Below are positions 30,970 through 41,400 of a DNA stretch of 64,000 bases, piece after piece. This DNA is from Mycoplasmatota bacterium (GTDB taxonomy: Bacteria > Bacillota_I > Bacilli_A > Izemoplasmatales > Hujiaoplasmataceae): contig JAGLYJ010000001.1 in NCBI GenBank assembly GCA_023132365.1, positions 1,063 through 65,062 on the forward strand, given 5' to 3'. Under the pieces are notes generated by a model. The model had not been told where the DNA came from. It saw nothing but the letters and a program-made list of their open reading frames with translations, and searched no databases. Made by a program: the position numbers and the translations under genes. The number at the start of each line of letters is the position of its first letter. Positions within the stretch are counted from its first letter, which is position 1.

Positions 30970-30973
30970 GGTT

Positions 30974-31483
30974 TTGAAAACTAGAAAAATTGTATTTTTG
31001 TCTTTAATGATTTCGATAAGCATAGTACTAAGCATCGTTGAGTCTTCAATATCCATATTGTTCTTTGCATTTCCTGGGATGAAATTAGGACTAGCAAATA
31101 TTGCAACTATGGTTGTTGTATTTACGATAGGGAGAAAAGAAGGCGCAATTGTATCTATATTTAGAATTTTTATTGTAGGATTAATTTATAGTGGATTATT
31201 CACACCATCATTTTGGATAAGTTTTACTGGAGGGGTATTAGCTTTATTGGTTTTATTGAGCTTAAAGAGTTCTAAACTATCAATAATGACAATATCAGTT
31301 CTATCAGCTTTAATGCATATGGTTGGTCAAATAATAGCTGCTATAGTAGTAGTAAAAACAACGTTGTTGATTTACTATTTGCCATATATGATTTTGTTAT
31401 CAATTCCAACTGGAATAATAACTGGATATCTAGCGAAACGAATAATTTTTGGCTTTTCAGAAAAAATTGTATTAATAAAATAA
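30974..31483 (+). CDS. Gx transporter family / 'heptaprenyl diphosphate synthase component I'-like membrane protein
   Basis: SIVE...PGMKLGLANI, ALMHMVGQI, YYLPY, TGIITG. Confidence 0.88.
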   Translation: MKTRKIVFLSLMISISIVLSIVESSISILFFAFPGMKLGLANIATMVVVFTIGRKEGAIVSIFRIFIVGLIYSGLFTPSFWISFTGGVLALLVLLSLKSSKLSIMTISVLSALMHMVGQIIAAIVVVKTTLLIYYLPYMILLSIPTGIITGYLAKRIIFGFSEKIVLIK

Positions 31484-31510
31484 CACCTTCAAATTTTGAA
31501 GGTGTTTTGT
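31482..31510. terminator. Bidirectional terminator
   Basis: AACACCTTCAA-att-TTGAAGGTGTT between convergent genes. Confidence 0.8.
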
Positions 31511-31511
31511 T

Positions 31512-32678
31512 TTATTCTAATAAGTAAACATATTGATCAAAACCATCTGAATAGATAATATTATCATCATCTACATACCAGACTGCTTCTAAGTCTTCAT
31601 AATTATTTACAAATTCTAATGCTTCATCTAATGGTAGTAAAAAGATTGCTGTGGATAATAAATCGGCCATTGCTGAATCCGGATAAACAATAGTAATGCT
31701 TTTACAGTAACCACCAGGATAATATGTAGTTGGGTCTATAATGTGGTGATATATTTCAGATGTGACAACATCTTTAAAATATCTTTGGTTAACACCACTT
31801 GTAACTAGTGCGATACCTGAAGGCATTTGTATATATTGAAAATATTCATTTATCAATTGAAATTCTGTTACAGGTTTAATCAAAGCTATATAGTAATAGC
31901 CATCTTCGCTATTCGGATTAGTACCACCGGCAAAAACATTTGAGTTACCAACATTGAGTAGGTACTTGATGTTTAGGGTATCTAAGTGATCTGAAATAAC
32001 TTTAGTAACATAACCTTTTCCATATCCCCCTAGGTCAATTGACATATTTTCACTAGCAAAATCTATGGTCATATTACTTGAGTTTAGGATAATATCAGAA
32101 GGATTGATATTGAATGTAACACCGTCAATTTCCGTTGGTACAGGGCAATAGGAAATCCCCATTTCTGTGGTATTACTGCAATCATCACTATTCCTTGCAT
32201 CGTGCCAAATTTCCAGAACTGGACCTAGTGCAATATCGAATAAAGGAATATCGTCTTTGGTGATCAAATTGTCATTGTCCAGTGCAAATTCTATAGCACC
32301 AAATAGAATTTCTTCTATCACTAAGGGTTCATCAGAATGATTGATTGTATAAACATTATTAATTCCAAGGTATTCATTATATTTATCTAAATATTGATGA
32401 TAAGTTTCTAAAGTATCCTCAAAATAATCAAATATTTCTAGCACATCATAATTATCATTCTCATCGTAGTATAGTTTTAGAGAAACAGTAGTATCAAAAT
32501 ATGAAGTTGTTTTTTTCTCACATAAGTATACATCATCGTATTGTCCAAGAACACAGTAGTCAGCATTTGGACTATCTACTGCGCTAGAGCTCGTAGTTGT
32601 TGGACTAACTATCAGGTTACAACTCGATAAGGTTATTGTTATGATTAATATAGAAATTGTTATAAATAGTTTTTTCAT
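31512..32678 (-). CDS. apbE: FAD:protein FMN transferase (ApbE) lipoprotein
   Basis: Lipobox LSSC, FDIALGP, IDLGGYGKGY, VTSG...RY, YHHIIDPTTYYP, ADLLSTA. Confidence 0.93.
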   Translation of the reverse strand: MKKLFITISILIITITLSSCNLIVSPTTTSSSAVDSPNADYCVLGQYDDVYLCEKKTTSYFDTTVSLKLYYDENDNYDVLEIFDYFEDTLETYHQYLDKYNEYLGINNVYTINHSDEPLVIEEILFGAIEFALDNDNLITKDDIPLFDIALGPVLEIWHDARNSDDCSNTTEMGISYCPVPTEIDGVTFNINPSDIILNSSNMTIDFASENMSIDLGGYGKGYVTKVISDHLDTLNIKYLLNVGNSNVFAGGTNPNSEDGYYYIALIKPVTEFQLINEYFQYIQMPSGIALVTSGVNQRYFKDVVTSEIYHHIIDPTTYYPGGYCKSITIVYPDSAMADLLSTAIFLLPLDEALEFVNNYEDLEAVWYVDDDNIIYSDGFDQYVYLLE

Positions 32679-32737
32679 GAAAACTCCTTTTTTCAAACTT
32701 AAAATATAGTGTATAATATATCTGAGTAGGTGGTATT

Positions 32738-33238
32738 ATCAAAAAGATTGATATTATTGTAATCGGAATTATTCTTATAGTTGGATTGTTATCCCTTGTG
32801 GGATTCAAAGTAATTGAGAACATTAATAAAACCGACAATATATATGCTAAAGTTGTTTATCATAATAATTTAATATTGATGATTGATTTAAAAAGTATGG
32901 AGTACACTGTGTATGATACTGAATATAAAGATCAGGTAATAACCGTTCGAGCAGATGAAGGGATATTTTATGTGCCGGGGTTAGTTACCACTGATATGGA
33001 GGAGCTATATGAAGCTGATGATTTTGCTAGGCTAAATAATATAGTAGGCATTAAACTAGAAGTGAAAGATCAGAAAATATCAGTTTTATATCAAGAAAGC
33101 CCAAGAGATTTCTGTCAATTACAGCCACCAACTAATTCGCATTTGCGACCAATAGTTTGTTTGCCAAATGAATTAGTAATAGATATTTATACAAATATGA
33201 ATAACGATGAGTTTATTCCTGACTCAGTTTTGGAGTGA
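32738..33238 (+). CDS. NusG domain II-like (DUF1312) exported protein; non-canonical start proposed
   Basis: C-terminal SPRDFC...PIVCLPNELVI motif; N-terminal KKIDIIVIGIILIVGLL anchor lies upstream of the first TTG (32786). Confidence 0.8.
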   Translation: MKKIDIIVIGIILIVGLLSLVGFKVIENINKTDNIYAKVVYHNNLILMIDLKSMEYTVYDTEYKDQVITVRADEGIFYVPGLVTTDMEELYEADDFARLNNIVGIKLEVKDQKISVLYQESPRDFCQLQPPTNSHLRPIVCLPNELVIDIYTNMNNDEFIPDSVLE

Positions 33239-33242
33239 TAAT

Positions 33243-33476
33243 ATGATTTTAAGTTTAATAGACATTAATGTATTTATTATATCAAGGATTATCTTATTTT
33301 TTATTTCGACAATCTTTATTTTTAAAGCTATGCAAGCAATAGATTTTTCAAAGATTTTTAGAAAAAATTCTGGGGATCAAATTAAATTTCTATTTATGGT
33401 TATAGCTATTATTCTAGGTTATTTATTTGTGGATGCAGTAATGTCTATATTTGAATGGTTAAATACTTTACTTTAG
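33243..33476 (+). CDS. DUF1146 (YwzB-like) small membrane protein
   Basis: AMQAIDFSKIFRK...QIKFLFMVIAIILGYL. Confidence 0.75.
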   Translation: MILSLIDINVFIISRIILFFISTIFIFKAMQAIDFSKIFRKNSGDQIKFLFMVIAIILGYLFVDAVMSIFEWLNTLL

Positions 33477-34084
33477 GCATATTCAGAACTTTGGTTGATA
33501 ATCTGTAAGTTATCAGTATAATTATTCTTATTGAATAATTGACTTTTAACTTCATCGTAATTTAGGGCGTCGATTTTAAATTTGAAAGTAATCTCGTCAC
33601 TATAAGCTACATCTAAAAGATTCGTATTTTGTCTTAAGTATTTATCAATATTACCAATATAATCATAACTACATTTGACTATACACTCATATGTAGTTAT
33701 TTTTTTAGTTTTAGTAGTAATTTTAATAACTTCTGAAGCACTACTTGAATACGCTCTAATTAAACCGCCAACGCCAAGTTTAATTCCTCCAAAATATCTA
33801 ATAACTACAACTAAAATATTGGTTAAATCATTCTTCTGCAAGACTTCCAAAATAGGAAAACCAGCAGTTCTTGTAGGTTCGCCATCATCAGAGGCTTTCT
33901 GAATATTACTTTTATCACCTAATATGTAAGCATATGTGTAGTGATTAGCATTGGTATATTCTTTTTTTATCAGTTTTAATGATTCCACTACATCACGCTC
34001 TTCTTGTATAGGAAGAGCTAATGCAATAAACCTTGACTTTTTTATATGTATTTCATTGATTGTTTTTTCTAAAATTGAATTCAT
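33473..34084 (-). CDS. YigZ/IMPACT family protein
   Basis: IKKSRFI, ANHYTYAY, SDDGEPTRTAG, RYFGGIKLGVGGLIRAY. Confidence 0.94.
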   Translation of the reverse strand: MNSILEKTINEIHIKKSRFIALALPIQEERDVVESLKLIKKEYTNANHYTYAYILGDKSNIQKASDDGEPTRTAGFPILEVLQKNDLTNILVVVIRYFGGIKLGVGGLIRAYSSSASEVIKITTKTKKITTYECIVKCSYDYIGNIDKYLRQNTNLLDVAYSDEITFKFKIDALNYDEVKSQLFNKNNYTDNLQIINQSSEYA

Positions 34085-34192
34085 AATCTCACCATAAAAT
34101 ATTATAACATATCATATATTTATTTAGAGTTAATAGTGTAATAAAGTTAGAAAATAAGGTGCTAATATGGTATAATAATTTAGGTGATTTAG

Positions 34193-35374
34193 ATGAATAA
34201 TAACTATTTAAAAGGACAAAACGTAATAAAGAAATTGCTTGATCATAACTATCAAGCATATTTTGTTGGTGGTTTTGTAAGGGATAGATTATTGGGTCTA
34301 GACATCAACGATATTGATATTACAACAAATGCATTGCCTTCAGAAGTACAGAATATATTTGAGAAGACCAGAGCTACTGGTATTAAATATGGAACTGTAA
34401 CTGTATTCCAAGGCGCTCAAAAATATGAATTAACTACATTTAGAGCTGATATGAATTACATTGATCATAGAAAACCAGAGAGAGTAGTATTCTCAAATGA
34501 TTTAGCTGAGGATTTAAAGAGAAGAGATTTTACTATAAATGCATTGGCTATGGATTTAAATGAAAAGATTGTTGATATGTTTTCAGGAATAAAGGATTTA
34601 GAATTAAAATTAATCCGAGCTATAGGCGACCCAGACATTAGATTTAAAGAAGATGCTTTACGTATATTAAGAGCATTTAGGTTTGTATCAAAACTTGGTT
34701 TTGATATTGAGGAAAAAACCTTTAAAAGTATAATGAAAAATATAAGGTTGCTAGCCGAGATTTCTAATGAAAGAATACTTTCAGAACTGAAAAAACTCTT
34801 AATTTATCCATATAAGGAAAAAGCACTTAAGTTAATGTTGGAAGCCAATATTAGCGATGTCTTTCCACAACTTGAAAAGGGGATAAATCTACTTTCGAAA
34901 CATGAAGGGTATGAAGTTGAGTACTTAGAGTTTTTTGCATTATGTTTCTATCTTGAAAAAATTGATATTCCTAAGATATGGCGATTTTCTAATAAAGAAA
35001 GAGCAATTATTAATAAAATTATAGAATTAATAACTGTTACAGAAAATGATCAATTCAATGAAATGATCATTTTCCGATTAGGGAAGGATCTTCCTTTGAT
35101 GGCTAACAATATTTCACGCCTTATAAACCCTAGTAATAACCAAGAAAATATAATTAATCAAATATATGATAATTTACCTATATATAGAACTTGTGATTTG
35201 AAATTTAAAGGACAAGATATTTTAGAGTTATCAACATTAAGTAATGCCGAAATAATTGGTGATATTATCGATGATATTACTTATCAAGTTATAAGTGGTC
35301 AAATTAACAATGATTATCAAGAAATAAAAAATTACACAATGAAGATTTTGGAGAAGAAATATGAAAAAAAATAA
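34193..35374 (+). CDS. cca: CCA tRNA nucleotidyltransferase
   Basis: VGGFVRD, DIDITT, RRDFTINA, EDALRILRAFRF. Confidence 0.93.
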   Translation: MNNNYLKGQNVIKKLLDHNYQAYFVGGFVRDRLLGLDINDIDITTNALPSEVQNIFEKTRATGIKYGTVTVFQGAQKYELTTFRADMNYIDHRKPERVVFSNDLAEDLKRRDFTINALAMDLNEKIVDMFSGIKDLELKLIRAIGDPDIRFKEDALRILRAFRFVSKLGFDIEEKTFKSIMKNIRLLAEISNERILSELKKLLIYPYKEKALKLMLEANISDVFPQLEKGINLLSKHEGYEVEYLEFFALCFYLEKIDIPKIWRFSNKERAIINKIIELITVTENDQFNEMIIFRLGKDLPLMANNISRLINPSNNQENIINQIYDNLPIYRTCDLKFKGQDILELSTLSNAEIIGDIIDDITYQVISGQINNDYQEIKNYTMKILEKKYEKK

Positions 35375-37454
35375 TAGACCATTTTATTGTTATTTAGATG
35401 ATTTTGATGAACTTACAATTATAGTTCCAATTAAGAATTATCACGATATCAATAAGTATTTTTTGGTTGGTAATGATGAGATAATTAAATTGAATATTTC
35501 TCAAAAAATTAATTTGGGCGCAGAAATCAAATTAGTTTGTTTTTTTGATGCATACATAGATTTAGGTAAAACGTATTTTGTAGAGAATCAGAATAATGAG
35601 ATGTCAGAACTATATACAGGAAAGATTGTTCGCACTGAACTTTTCGATAATGTATATCAGTATAAAAAAAATGACTTAGGATTCACATATACTAAAACAA
35701 GTACAAAGTTCAAGATTTGGACTCCAGTTGCTAAGTATGTAAAAATAGAATTAGGATCCTCAAAAGGCGATTCTATTATTGCTGATTTAACATATAAGAA
35801 CTCTGGCGTATGGAGGATAGAATTAGAAGGAGATTATGAGGGGTATAAATACCGATTTATAGTTTTTGTAAATGGTAAGGAAAGCGTTGTTCAAGATCCA
35901 TATGCAATTACTTCTAACGCAAATGGTGAGTATGCTTTTGTAGTAGACAAATCTAAATTTTATCAAATGGAATACAATTCTGATTTTTCAGGAAGTCTTA
36001 ATGACGCTATACTTTATGAGATGAATGTTAGAGATTTTACTATTGATCCTTTAATGAATTTCAAAAACAAGGGTAAGTTCTTAGGTATAACAGAAGAAGG
36101 CATTTTAACAGAAAATGGATTGTCAGCTGGTATTGATTATTTGAAGGAACTAGGCGTAACCCACGTTCAATTAATGCCGATTTTTGATTTCGAAGGTGTT
36201 GATGAAAATAATGTTGATTTAAAGTATAATTGGGGTTATAATCCAGTTCAATTTTTTGTTCCTGAAGGTTGGTATTCAACAAATCCCAATGATCCTTACG
36301 CAAGAATAAATGAATTAAAAATTATGATTGATAAACTTCATGAAAACAATATTTCAGTTGTAATGGATGTGGTGTTTAATCATGTGAATGACGCGAATAA
36401 GTTTCCATATGAAAGGCTAGTGCCTGGTTATTCGTTTCATGTAGATAAGCAAGGCATATTAACTAATATTTCCGGATGTGACAATGATATTGCTAGTCAT
36501 AGGAAAATGATGAGAAAGTTAATTATTGATAATGTACTTTATTGGGCTAAGGAATATAAAATAGATGGCTTTAGATTTGATTTAATGGGGCTTATTGATT
36601 ATGAAACCATTAATGAAGTAAGACAGGAGCTGCATGATTTAAGTAATCATATTATCATGTACGGTGAAGGCTGGAATATGTACTCATCCAATTTAACTGA
36701 CCGCATGGCTCATATGGCAAACAAAAAGGTTATTCATACAGTTGGGTTCTTCAACGATAAGTTTAGAGAATCAATCAAAGGGGCTACTTTTAAGGATGAT
36801 TTATCTGGTTATACTATGGGAAATACAGATGAAATTGAAATAGTTAAGCAAATGCTTCTAGGCGGTGCAAATAATCGATATATGTTTAAATATACAACTC
36901 AAAGCATAAATTATGTTGAGTGTCATGATAACCTTACATACTTTGATAAAGCATTATACATCACCGATGATATCAATCTGATTGAAAAACAGCAACTACT
37001 TGGAATTGCTATGGTGCTATTATCTCAGGGAGTACCATTTATTCACTCTGGGCAAGAGTTTTTGAGAACTAAACAGAAAGATCATAACTCTTATCGTTCT
37101 AGCGATGAAATTAATCTTATTGATTGGAATAGAAGAGATCAGTTTAGTAAAACAGTCGATTTAGTTAAAGAATTAATTAAGTTAAGAAAAAATTATAAAT
37201 GCTTTAAATTGAAATCAACCTCAGAAATCAATCAAGCAGTTGAGTTAATTGAATTAAAATCAAAATCAATAATGATGCACTTCAATCAAAAATGCAATTT
37301 ATTAATTGTATTTAAACCTAACATTCAAGAAGAAACAATAGTCATACCTGAGGGATATGGTATAATGTTAGCGACAACAGAAAATTATGAAGTTGAAGAG
37401 GAATCTTCATACTTATTGAAAGATATAGGAGCATATATCTTTAGAAAGGAATAA
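35361..37454 (+). CDS. pulA: Type I pullulanase (GH13)
   Basis: YNWGYNP, DVVFNH, DGFRFDLMG, YGEGW, YVECHDN. Confidence 0.93.
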   Translation: MKKNNRPFYCYLDDFDELTIIVPIKNYHDINKYFLVGNDEIIKLNISQKINLGAEIKLVCFFDAYIDLGKTYFVENQNNEMSELYTGKIVRTELFDNVYQYKKNDLGFTYTKTSTKFKIWTPVAKYVKIELGSSKGDSIIADLTYKNSGVWRIELEGDYEGYKYRFIVFVNGKESVVQDPYAITSNANGEYAFVVDKSKFYQMEYNSDFSGSLNDAILYEMNVRDFTIDPLMNFKNKGKFLGITEEGILTENGLSAGIDYLKELGVTHVQLMPIFDFEGVDENNVDLKYNWGYNPVQFFVPEGWYSTNPNDPYARINELKIMIDKLHENNISVVMDVVFNHVNDANKFPYERLVPGYSFHVDKQGILTNISGCDNDIASHRKMMRKLIIDNVLYWAKEYKIDGFRFDLMGLIDYETINEVRQELHDLSNHIIMYGEGWNMYSSNLTDRMAHMANKKVIHTVGFFNDKFRESIKGATFKDDLSGYTMGNTDEIEIVKQMLLGGANNRYMFKYTTQSINYVECHDNLTYFDKALYITDDINLIEKQQLLGIAMVLLSQGVPFIHSGQEFLRTKQKDHNSYRSSDEINLIDWNRRDQFSKTVDLVKELIKLRKNYKCFKLKSTSEINQAVELIELKSKSIMMHFNQKCNLLIVFKPNIQEETIVIPEGYGIMLATTENYEVEEESSYLLKDIGAYIFRKE

Positions 37455-37458
37455 ACGA

Positions 37459-38385
37459 ATGATAGAAGTTGGCAAGAAACTTTCTTTCTTTGGAAAAGTT
37501 TTACAGAAGAATGATTCAACATATGATACATACCCAGTAAATGTTCTTACAGAAGAATCAGAAAATGTTATAGTCAGAATACAGAAGGAACAAGAGGTTT
37601 CGTTAAATAAAATATACTTTTTTGAAACTGAAACGATTCAGTTTAAAGACAAAGTTCATTACTTTGCATCATCAAGAGTGTTATTAGGTGAACTGGAAAT
37701 TACTGATGCAAGAAAGGAAAAACTACTAAAGTTTTTCTATCATTATGCACCAATTGAGATTGAAAAGATCAAGAAGGATATTGAAGAGATTTTATTTAGT
37801 TTAGATAATAAAGTTATTAAAGATATAACAATGAAAATTTATAATAGACATAAGGATGATTTTTATCTTTATCCGGCGGCTACTAAATTTCACCATGCAT
37901 ATATCTCTGGATTAGCTTATCACACTCATTCAATGTTAATGCTTGCAAAAGGATTCTTCTCTGTATATCCATTCTTATCAAAAGATTTAGTGAATGCGGG
38001 CATAATTTTACATGATATGTGTAAAATATTTGAATTTGATTCTTATGAAGGCAGTGAATATACAATAAAAGGTAAATTACTAGGACATATTACAATGGGA
38101 GCTAATCTTATAAATAATGTTGCTAATGAGTTAAGTTATCAAGACGAAGAAGAAGCTATGTTGTTGCAGCATATAATTATTAGTCATCATTATTATGGTA
38201 ATTTTGGATCACCAAGAAAACCAAACATAGCTGAAGCGTTAATTATCCATTTTATTGATAACATTGATTCAAAAGCTACTGTATTAGGAGAAGAATTAAA
38301 TCTAATTGAAACAGGTCACCTAACAAGTAGTATCGGCGTATTAGAACGAGAAAGATATTATAAGCATAAACTTACAAAGGAATAA
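37459..38385 (+). CDS. yhaM: 3'-5' exoribonuclease YhaM/Cbf1 family (HD domain)
   Basis: PAATKFHHAY.SGLAYHT, LHDMCK, GKLLGHI, SHH...GSP..P..AEA...IDNIDSK. Confidence 0.88.
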   Translation: MIEVGKKLSFFGKVLQKNDSTYDTYPVNVLTEESENVIVRIQKEQEVSLNKIYFFETETIQFKDKVHYFASSRVLLGELEITDARKEKLLKFFYHYAPIEIEKIKKDIEEILFSLDNKVIKDITMKIYNRHKDDFYLYPAATKFHHAYISGLAYHTHSMLMLAKGFFSVYPFLSKDLVNAGIILHDMCKIFEFDSYEGSEYTIKGKLLGHITMGANLINNVANELSYQDEEEAMLLQHIIISHHYYGNFGSPRKPNIAEALIIHFIDNIDSKATVLGEELNLIETGHLTSSIGVLERERYYKHKLTKE

Positions 38386-38433
38386 AAAAAAACTGATGTT
38401 TTCACATCAGTTATTTTTTTTATATTTTAATAT

Positions 38434-41400
38434 TTATTCTGTTGTATAATCTCCGAAAACTGCATCATAATATATGTCATAAACATCAACTAGCATATCT
38501 TTAAGTTGTTGATCAGTTTTTGATGAATAATCATTAGTCATGAATTGGCCGTCACCTAAACGTTCCGCCATATTCACATTAAGAACAGCGATAACGTATG
38601 TTGATGATATTAAATCTTCAAAATATGCATTAAATGCTAAACTTAAGCTTTCTGGGAATTTAGGTGCATCTATACCATATTTTTCTTCTACATCTACTTG
38701 AGACATATCATAGATTAGAGTATAGAATTTATATTGAGCATAAAGCTCTATTTGTTCTAGTGTAGGTGTTTCTTCACTATTTTCTAAGCCTACAGAAAAT
38801 TGAGGATTAGCTGAATCTTCTTCAGCAAATTCAAATGTAGGTTTATCAAAATCATCACCTTGTGTAACTCTTATTATATGTAATCCAAATTGAGTATCAA
38901 CTGTATTTGAGTATAATTCATCTAGATCAACATTTAATGGGTTTTGATATTCTTGATATAAAGCAATTAATGCGTCAACGTATTCTTCTACAAATAAGCC
39001 TTTAACACCATATTGGCCATTATAATTCAATGAATGAGTAATTGTATTGTCATCTTTATCAACAATATTTAAATCTTCAGTCATCATAAAGAAACCATTT
39101 TGTTTAAATCTTCCCCAAGTTTCATCTTCTCTAGTAGCGTCGCTGTATTCTGAGATTAACTCAGCGAAAGTACCAGTGTAGTCATTTAATGTATTTTCAA
39201 GATCTGCTCGTAAAGCATCAAACACTGATAATTCGGCAGGTGTTAATGATTCATAGTACTCAGTGAAATCATCAGCATTACCATCTTCATCGAAATCGAT
39301 ATACGTTAGAATATGAGATACATTTAGGCTGAAATAGTTTTCATAATTTTCTTGAACTGTTGGTAGTAATTTTTCTACAATACCTTCAACTTCGTTAGTT
39401 TCATTAATTAAGTATGGTTGCAAATCAGCAGCTACAAAATATTTTAATAAACCTAATTCAGTTTTTACATCAAACTGTGAAAATGCATAGTCTTGGAAAG
39501 AATTATAGTTAAATGATAAACCATATTGTGCATAAAGATTTTGCAAATATGTGTAGTATTGTTTTGCTTGATCTATTTGATTATACATTTCATCCATGCG
39601 ATCTGAATTGTTCCTTTGAACATTTGTTTGAGTACCAAATACATCTTCGTAATAAGAAGAGCTTATTAACTCTTTGAATTGTGATGTATAGACAGTATAT
39701 AGAGCAGCATTTTTAGTAATGGCATATTCTAATAAGTCATCAGCAGTAATTTCAACTGCCGTTTCTGAATCAAGCGTCTTATCTAAAGAAGCTAGAATAG
39801 TTTTGTCACCATTTCCTTCAAACACATAACTTGTATCAATATTTTTGTAATCTAAAGCAATATAATAATCATTAATTTTAAATCCAAGATCTGTTCTAGT
39901 ATCATTCAATGTTGTATTGATATTAGTTTGACCATTAGCACCATAAACATAATCATTGAATAATTCGCTTTCTAAATCAAGATAAGCAGTTAGATTATTA
40001 ACAACGTCTTTGTATTCAAGCGGAGTTTCAGATAAATCTACAACTTCGCTATTTTCACCCTCGCTTAAGACAGTAACAGTTATTGAATTAGTTCTCATAT
40101 CTCCTAAGCAGGTTATAGTGTATGTTAACTCAACTTCAGTATCGGTAGTAGGATTTACTACTTCACCAGTTATAGACATTATGTCTGTATCATCAGTTGT
40201 CCAAACAATTGTTGAGTCATAATAACTTGAAGTAGGAAGTTCAATTGAAGTTCCGATGCTGCTTGGAAGGTTAATGGTAGTTTCAATTGAATCAAATAGA
40301 ACGCTTGAAACATCTTCTTTATCAGCTTCTGTTAACTTATACATTAAGTAGTATGAGTTACTGCTACCAGTTTGTAATGTTACTGGATGTATTGAATATC
40401 TAGTATCATGTTCAATGCTTAAAGATTTAAACATATAATCAGTAACAGCAGATTTTGTTTTACTTTCTTCACTATAGTTAAATAATAAATCTTCATTATC
40501 TAGTGCAACTAAATCTTCAACAGTTCCACCAACAGGTAATGAATCTCTGTATAATCCATAAACATAATTGTACATTTCAATATATTTAGCCAATACTTCA
40601 TCATCATCTAATTCTGTAGAGTTATTTGAAGTAGGAACATTTACATCTTCAATAGCAGTAAACACTTTATTTACAACTAAATCTGTTGTATAAGTTACAT
40701 CATTGCTGCCTGTATCCCAAATATGCCCATCAGGGTCAATTGTGAAAGCAACAGCGGCAGTAGAGTCTAATACTTGAATAGTTTCGCTCATATCAAAAGG
40801 ATCAGTTCTGTCAACAGTATAAAATTCAGAATTATTATCTTTATGTGTTTGAGCTTCAGTTTTTGTAGCGAATATTACTGTGTTTGAAATGATTACTTCA
40901 CTTATATCAAGTAAATCACCAGCAACATTTAAATGGTATTCTTCGCTATCGGTATCTGTATAAATATCATTGGCACCAAGCTCATAAATGATTTCATCAT
41001 CTAAGTCTAGAATATTATCATCTTCATCAAAATAATAAGTGTCAATTGAAATATATGCTTCAGCTATATTAGTATCGCTCGCATCTTTTTCTTCTTCATC
41101 AATAAAAATATAACCATTATATTCTCTCAAACCTCTATTTAATAAAGATAATAAATTATATTTTTGTAAAACAGCATCTGCGTCATTAATGCTAGTAAAT
41201 CTAATTTTAATAGCAGAAATATCTTCAAAATAACTGTTTATATAAGCTTGAACTACATCAATTTCTCTGACTTCGTCATTTTCTATAGCTGTATCCCAAA
41301 CGAATTTCTCTCTAGCAACCATTAATTTAGCGTAATCATCAGGGTTACTTTCAAAACCTGATAATATCATTAATTGTCCAAAACTTTTTTCAAGTTCTTG

